A stretch of 64,000 nucleotides of DNA. It comes from Treponema sp. UBA3870. GTDB lineage: Bacteria > Spirochaetota > Spirochaetia > Treponematales > Treponemataceae. Below the pieces are notes generated by a model. It made no database searches and had not been told where the DNA came from. It saw nothing but the letters and a program-made list of their open reading frames with translations. The position numbers and the translations under genes were made by a program. The DNA lies in NCBI GenBank assembly GCA_002392275.1, contig DGGQ01000107.1, positions 3,781 through 67,780 on the forward strand. The letters run 5' to 3'. The stretch's first letter is position 1; every line of letters starts with the position of its first letter. Below, piece after piece: positions 58,305 to 64,000 of the stretch.

Positions 58305-59450
58305 ATGCAGATAATACCAGTTGCGAGTGGCAAGGGTGGTGTTGGTAAATCACTTCTCAGCGCGAATCTTGCCATAGCTTTAGGACAGGCGGGTAAAAAA
58401 GTTCTCTTGGTTGACCTTGATTTGGGTGCGTCGAACCTTCATCTGGTCATAGGACAGACTTCGCCAAAAACAGGAATAGGAACATATCTCACAGGCCAGA
58501 CACCTTTTGAACAAATCATAAGTCCCACGGATTATGAGAACGTTTATTTCATAGCGGGTGACTCGGAGATTCCTGGACTCACATCGCTCAGGGCAAGCAA
58601 AAAAAATGATCTGGTCAAAAATTTTCAGGCGCTTGATTTTGACTACCTTGTTCTTGATTTAGGAGCGGGAACCCATCTGACAATTCTTGACATGTTCCTT
58701 CTTTCACCGCAGGGAATAATCGTCACAGCCCCGACAGTCACGGCCACGCTCAACGGCTATCTCTTTTTGAAGAGCATAGTCTTCCGCATGATGTACAACA
58801 CATTCAGAAGGGGGACACCCGCGCACGACTATCTTGAGAACCTGAAAAAAGATTCCGCGTCGCTCCAGCGTCTTTACATACCAAAACTGGTCGAAGCACT
58901 GGAATCTGTAGATCCAGAGAACACGGCCCTTTTCAAGTCACGCATGCAGGAATTCCGTCCACGCCTTGTGCTGAACATGATTGAGGACCCCAAGGATGCC
59001 GACCGTGCGAACAAAATCCGTCGTTCCTGCCAGCAGTTCCTTGGTCTGAATCTGGAGCATCTTGGCGTAATCTACCGTGACACATTGCAGGACAAGGCTC
59101 TAGCGTCCAGACTTCCGATTATAATCTACAAGCCCCAGTCCCTTGTTGCCCAGGGAATCTACCGTGTGGCGGACAAAATCATCCACTCGGAGACACTTGC
59201 TTTTGATTCCGGCTACGACATCACACAGGCAAGCGAAACTTCCTTCCAGATTGCTGCGGAGGAGGCGGGCGAGGATTACTACCAGAAAATGTCCTACGTG
59301 GAGGAGCTTATCGGAAGTGGCACATTGACCACAGGCGAACTTGCGGAAGCAATCAAGCAGCAGCAGTTTGAAATCACCCAGCTCAAAAAGGAAAACATCC
59401 TGCTGAAAAAAAAGCTGGTTGACGCAGCCCGAAAAGGATATAAAGTTTAA
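58305..59450 (+). CDS. MinD/FlhG-like P-loop ATPase
   Basis: ASGKGGVGKS, VDLDLGASN, LDLGAG. Confidence 0.88.
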   Translation: MQIIPVASGKGGVGKSLLSANLAIALGQAGKKVLLVDLDLGASNLHLVIGQTSPKTGIGTYLTGQTPFEQIISPTDYENVYFIAGDSEIPGLTSLRASKKNDLVKNFQALDFDYLVLDLGAGTHLTILDMFLLSPQGIIVTAPTVTATLNGYLFLKSIVFRMMYNTFRRGTPAHDYLENLKKDSASLQRLYIPKLVEALESVDPENTALFKSRMQEFRPRLVLNMIEDPKDADRANKIRRSCQQFLGLNLEHLGVIYRDTLQDKALASRLPIIIYKPQSLVAQGIYRVADKIIHSETLAFDSGYDITQASETSFQIAAEEAGEDYYQKMSYVEELIGSGTLTTGELAEAIKQQQFEITQLKKENILLKKKLVDAARKGYKV

Positions 59451-59474
59451 ACAACATTATAGAAGGAAAAAGTA

Positions 59475-60506
59475 ATGCCTCTTTACATTGAATATCCGTC
59501 ATGGATTCACCCGGAGATTATACCGAACGTGCCAGTGCTGAGTCTTATCCGCTGGTACGGTCTGATGTATGTATTTGCTTTTGGAACCGCTTTTTTGGTT
59601 TTGAAAAAAGAACGGAAGGAAGGACTTCTTGACACACCCGACCACAAGGCAACGGAGGATGAGCTTTTCAGTTTCCTTGCATGGGGAATTGTTGCGCTTC
59701 TTTTGGGAGCGAGGATTTTTTCAACACTTGTCTATGACACAAGCGGAACCTACTGGAAAAAACCGTGGCTCATTTTCTGGCCATTCGACCCTGTTACAAA
59801 AAAATTCACAGGCCTCGCTGGAATGTCCTACCACGGCGGATTCATCGGTGGACTGATTGGAATGTTGGTCTGGTGCAGGGTTCACAAAAAGCCCACATGG
59901 AAATGGATTGACGTTATGAGCGTTGCGATTCCGATTGGATACACGTTCGGTCGCCTTGGTAATTTTATGAACGGAGAACTCTACGGTCGTGTCACCACAA
60001 TGCCATGGGGAATGGTTTTCCCTGCGGCGGAAAAATTCCCGGTGTCTCAGGACTGGGTTCAGGACATAATGACAAAAATCGGCATGACGGCACCCGATGG
60101 AGCAACTTTGGTAAATCTTCCGCGCCATCCAAGCCAGCTCTACGAAGCCTTGTTCGAGGGTGTCTTCCTTGGAACACTGCTCTGGAACCTGCGCAAGAAA
60201 AAGCCTTTCGACGGATTCATCGGATCTTTGTACTGCACGGGTTACGGTGTCGTCCGCTTTGTGATTGAATATTTCCGTGAACCGGATGCAGATTTGGGAT
60301 TCAGAATCAGCAAAGACGGAAGCAAAGAGATTGCAAGAAACACATCGTTGATGAACATAAGCACAGGCCAGATTTTCTGCTTCATAATGATTGTCGGAGG
60401 ACTTGGACTTATGTTTGCTCTCTGGCTCAGGGATAAAAAAATGAAAGAAAAGACAGCGGAAGTAAAAAACAAACCCGCAAAAAAAGAAAACTCCGAAAAT
60501 GCATAG
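59475..60506 (+). CDS. lgt: Prolipoprotein diacylglyceryl transferase
   Basis: IRWYG, GMSYHGG, GRLGNFMNGELYG, HPSQLYE. Confidence 0.96.
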   Translation: MPLYIEYPSWIHPEIIPNVPVLSLIRWYGLMYVFAFGTAFLVLKKERKEGLLDTPDHKATEDELFSFLAWGIVALLLGARIFSTLVYDTSGTYWKKPWLIFWPFDPVTKKFTGLAGMSYHGGFIGGLIGMLVWCRVHKKPTWKWIDVMSVAIPIGYTFGRLGNFMNGELYGRVTTMPWGMVFPAAEKFPVSQDWVQDIMTKIGMTAPDGATLVNLPRHPSQLYEALFEGVFLGTLLWNLRKKKPFDGFIGSLYCTGYGVVRFVIEYFREPDADLGFRISKDGSKEIARNTSLMNISTGQIFCFIMIVGGLGLMFALWLRDKKMKEKTAEVKNKPAKKENSENA

Positions 60507-60531
60507 CGGCCACCTCTGACCGCCTAAAAAC

Positions 60532-60579
60532 TAAGGAAACACTGAACAGTCCGAAAGCGGATTATTCAGTGTCTCCTTA
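60532..60579. terminator. Long hairpin between convergent lgt and MCP genes
   Basis: TAAGGAAACACTGAA...TTCAGTGTCTCCTTA. Confidence 0.55.
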
Positions 60580-60604
60580 TTAGAGATTCCCTCAACAGTA
60601 ACAC

Positions 60605-62668
60605 CTAGACCGTGAACTGGCTCATCTGGTTTCCAATTTCAGCGATAGAATCCTTCATGCGTGAAGAAATATCGGAAAGCTCCGAACCTGTCTCGCTGAT
60701 TCTACGCGCACCCAAAGTCATCTCGTCCATGCTGTTTTTCATGGAGCCGGACACATCCTGAAGACCCTGTATGTTTTTGAGAATGAGCCTGTTTCCTTCT
60801 GTCATCTCGTGTGCGGCATCCCGGACTTCCAACGTACTGTTGTTCATTGTGCGCAGCGTCTCTATCACCTGTTTTGAACCTTCGTTCTGCTCGTCCATGG
60901 CCAGCTTGATTTCCCTGACCAGCTGATTCGTCTGGACAATTTCCGATGACACCACCGTAAATGCCTTGCTTGCTTCTTCGGAACCACCGACAACCTCCAG
61001 AATTGAAGACTGGATTCCGCTCAGCTGTTCACCAATCGTCTTTGACTGTGCGGACGAAGTTTCTGACAGCTTCCTGATTTCATCCGCGACCACCGCAAAT
61101 CCCTTTCCTGCCTCTCCCGCATGTGCCGCCTCGATTGCCGCGTTCATTGCAAGAAGATTTGTCTGGCTGGCAATGTTTGCTATTGCCTGGTTTGCATCCT
61201 GGAGCATCTTGGACTTTTCTTCAATCTGCCGGATTTTTTCGTTGACCGCCCGCTGCTTGTCCTGTCCCGCGTTGGACTGTTCTTCAAGTGACGAGAATGA
61301 GCTGTTCATCTTGTCCACGGAATGATTGACTGACTGAATGTTTCCAATCATCTGCTCAACCGCCGCCGAAGCCTGGGAAACACCGTCCGACTGGTGCTGA
61401 ATCATCTGCTCAAGCGATTCTATGTTTGAGGCAATCTCGTTTACTGCCCCGGCCGTATCCTGCACACTTCTGGACTGGTCCGTAATCTGCGAGTGGACGC
61501 TCTGGATGTTTGCAAGAATCTGTGAAATTGCGCTCGCTGTATTCTCCGTACTTGCGGCCATGGATTTTCCTACCGAAGTCAGATTTTTGTCCGCCGTCTT
61601 CACGTTCCCGATGATTTCCTGCAACTTCTGGATAAAAAGATTCAGGTTGTCCACCAGTTGGTACACAATGCCCAGAGTATTTTTTGTAAGGACGACACGC
61701 TTTGTCAAATCCGCATTTCCAGACGAAAGCTCCTCAACCGCGCGGTTCAGAATTTTCAGACTAACAATCAGGTTCAGACCCAGCCCCGTCACGACAAAGA
61801 TAATCAAAATGACAAGGCACACGGAAATTGGAGTCAGAGCGTTTTTAAAAAATTCCGCGACCGTAAATGGAATAGCCATTGCCATGTGCCAGTTGACCAA
61901 ATCAAGAGGCGCAAGGGCGAACTGGCTTTTCGGTCCGTTGAAAAGTGTTATCGACTTTGGAACGACATTTGTTCCCTTCAGTTCGGGCATACGCGAATAG
62001 ATTTCCAGATGTTCGGCAAGAATGCTTCGGTCCTTGCTTCCGGTGATTTCCAGATTGTCGTTGTAAAGGTACATCTCAATTTCCTTAGGAAGATTGCTAT
62101 ACATGGAATCTATAAAATCAGTCAGAGGGATTCCCGTACCCGCAATTCCAACCGGAGTTCCTGCCTTGTTCCTTATGACGGCGTTGACCCAGAGCATCGT
62201 TGTGTCCAAATCCGGATTGTAGTTTATGTTGAAGTTGTATTCCTCGGTCTCGTACATGGTCATCTTGTACCAGTAAGTCGCAGGGTCTTCGGGATCCAGC
62301 AGATACTTCATCTCCATATCCTGCCAGAATTTGTGGTCGGCATCGGAAACCCAGAAAAGCGATTTGCTCAAAAAAGAATTCTGGAAGGCGGAGAATTCCT
62401 GCATGGCCATTCCCTGTAGAACTTCATCGGAGGGATTTTCCATAAACGAAGCGATTGACGGGGACTTTATCATCTGTCGGACAAGGGTCAGCTGCTCACT
62501 AAGGCTTGCCGAAAACTCCAGAACCTTCAGCTCGGACGCATGCCTAAGCGTCTCGTTGGACTTGTTCCTAAACGAAATCCTTCCCCAGAAAAAAACAATG
62601 GTCATTATAGCCACAAAAACACCAATAGCGGTCAGAATCAGACCTGTACGATATTTTTTCCTATCCAT
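60605..62668 (-). CDS. Methyl-accepting chemotaxis protein
   Basis: Two TMs, HAMP-like region, [36 protein letters not shown]. Confidence 0.96.
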   Translation of the reverse strand: MDRKKYRTGLILTAIGVFVAIMTIVFFWGRISFRNKSNETLRHASELKVLEFSASLSEQLTLVRQMIKSPSIASFMENPSDEVLQGMAMQEFSAFQNSFLSKSLFWVSDADHKFWQDMEMKYLLDPEDPATYWYKMTMYETEEYNFNINYNPDLDTTMLWVNAVIRNKAGTPVGIAGTGIPLTDFIDSMYSNLPKEIEMYLYNDNLEITGSKDRSILAEHLEIYSRMPELKGTNVVPKSITLFNGPKSQFALAPLDLVNWHMAMAIPFTVAEFFKNALTPISVCLVILIIFVVTGLGLNLIVSLKILNRAVEELSSGNADLTKRVVLTKNTLGIVYQLVDNLNLFIQKLQEIIGNVKTADKNLTSVGKSMAASTENTASAISQILANIQSVHSQITDQSRSVQDTAGAVNEIASNIESLEQMIQHQSDGVSQASAAVEQMIGNIQSVNHSVDKMNSSFSSLEEQSNAGQDKQRAVNEKIRQIEEKSKMLQDANQAIANIASQTNLLAMNAAIEAAHAGEAGKGFAVVADEIRKLSETSSAQSKTIGEQLSGIQSSILEVVGGSEEASKAFTVVSSEIVQTNQLVREIKLAMDEQNEGSKQVIETLRTMNNSTLEVRDAAHEMTEGNRLILKNIQGLQDVSGSMKNSMDEMTLGARRISETGSELSDISSRMKDSIAEIGNQMSQFTV

Positions 62669-62965
62669 CGCAAAAATCCTCCATAAAAGATGCGAATAGA
62701 AATTCAGATAAACTCAAACGATAAAAAGCGTTTTTCAAATTATAACGATTTTTTTTGTGGAACCAGAAAAACTTGGGTGGACTCGAATGTTCTCTGAAAA
62801 GGAAACTCCAAAATGCACAATGTAGATTGGAACGCCTTTGTATTCCAATTTTACGATAAAATTGAAAATTTTGCAAGGAAACTAAAAGAATTTCGTAATA
62901 CAAATCAGAATGTCAAAAAATTTCTGGACGACATGCAAAGACTGTCCGGCTGTCCCTTTTTAATG

Positions 62966-63063
62966 CCCGGCGCAAACAAGTGAAACCGGCTTTCCGGGGT
63001 TCCGTTCGCAAAGCTCACTCCATTGCTCGCGCAAGCCGCCAGCGGCCCCCTACAATCCGGCGT
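62966..63063. repeat. Treponema-type REP-like GC-rich element
   Basis: GGCTTTCCGGGG...GCGGCCCCCTACAATCC pattern with nested stems; single copy in this window. Confidence 0.45.
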
Positions 63064-63191
63064 AGAGACCGATAAAAATCACTTAGCCATTTGCCGCAAC
63101 CGTTTCATTGCATTAAAGTTTCATTTTTTGGGACCACATGCCTTGGTGCCGAACACGATGATTTTTCATGCGGCATGTAATCCCAGTCCGA

Positions 63192-64000
63192 TTAGTGGTG
63201 GAAAAGCCTGATTCCGTTGAAGCACATGGTCATGTTGTAGCTGTCCGCCTCTTCGATGACCAAATCATCACGGACTGATCCGCCCGGCTGAACCACGGCA
63301 GTCACACCCGATTTGTGCGCGCGGTCGATGTTGTCTCCGAACGGGAAGAAAGCATCGCTTCCAAGGGCAACATCGGTGTTCTTTGAAATCCACTCGGCTT
63401 TTTCTTCTTTTGTGAAGACTTCCGGCTTGGTCTTGAAAATCCTCTGCCACTTTCCTTCGCCAAGGACATCCATGTATTCGTCTCCGATATACACGTCGAT
63501 TGCATTGTCCCTGTCCGCACGTTTGATTCCGTCAACAAATTCAAGTCCAAGGACTTTCGGGCACTGACGGAGCCACCAGTTGTCGGCCTTCTGTCCTGCA
63601 AGTCTTGTACAGTGAACGCGGCTCTGCTGTCCTGCACCAATCCCGATAGCCTGTCCGTCCTTAACATAGCACACGCTGTTTGACTGTGTGTATTTCAGCA
63701 CAATCAGTGAGATGATGAGATTGCGCCTGTCATTTTCCGAGAGCGTCTTGTTTTTGGTGACAATGTTTGAAAGGCATGACTCGTCGATTTTGAGGAAGTT
63801 GTGTCCCTGCTCGAAAGTCACTCCGAAGACCTGCTTTTTTTCAAGCTTCGCCGGAACATAATCCGGGTCAATCTGAATCACAAGATAGTTTCCGTTTTTC
63901 TTTGCCTTGAGGATTTCCAAAGCCTTTGGTGTGTATGAAGGTGCGAGAACTCCGTCGCTTACTTCCTTTTTAATGAGGAGCGCGGTTGCCTCGTCACATT
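63192..64000 (-). CDS. purH: AICAR formyltransferase (PurH-like), 5' end outside window
   Basis: KYTQSNSV, GAGQQSR, SDAFFPF, QPGGSVRD, RLFHH. Confidence 0.9.
   Translation of the reverse strand, partial: CDEATALLIKKEVSDGVLAPSYTPKALEILKAKKNGNYLVIQIDPDYVPAKLEKKQVFGVTFEQGHNFLKIDESCLSNIVTKNKTLSENDRRNLIISLIVLKYTQSNSVCYVKDGQAIGIGAGQQSRVHCTRLAGQKADNWWLRQCPKVLGLEFVDGIKRADRDNAIDVYIGDEYMDVLGEGKWQRIFKTKPEVFTKEEKAEWISKNTDVALGSDAFFPFGDNIDRAHKSGVTAVVQPGGSVRDDLVIEEADSYNMTMCFNGIRLFHH

Overview
Chromosomal window from a spirochaete, very likely a Treponema (Msp/Tpr-family sheath proteins, FlgM, PilZ, HDOD, Treponema-type REP-like hairpins). Most of it is housekeeping (pyrK-pyrD, ftsK, rsmI, purD, rlpA x2, rsmE, lgt, purH-like), with accessory patches at about 0-14 kb and 33-43 kb. 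The main finding is a candidate recombinase-driven surface-antigen switch. Two divergent Msp-like paralogs (33185-34651 minus, 40413-41786 plus) share a perfect, internally palindromic 21-bp inverted repeat inside the signal-peptide coding region. Only the right copy has the promoter, RBS and MKKIIAITA start, and a tyrosine recombinase lies directly downstream. Flipping the ~5.8 kb between the repeats would move the promoter and signal-peptide start in frame onto the silent copy. The putative invertible segment carries TPR, PilZ and OMP genes plus two Rpn nucleases and an orphan Rpn C-terminal module that keeps its own RBS. Other findings: an rSAM/lipoprotein pair, a duplicated 180-bp palindrome-bearing upstream element, two candidate structured RNAs, sigma54 and sigma28 promoters, and many apparently leaderless genes. 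No rRNA, tRNA or CRISPR array was seen. All family calls are by eye, without database searches.
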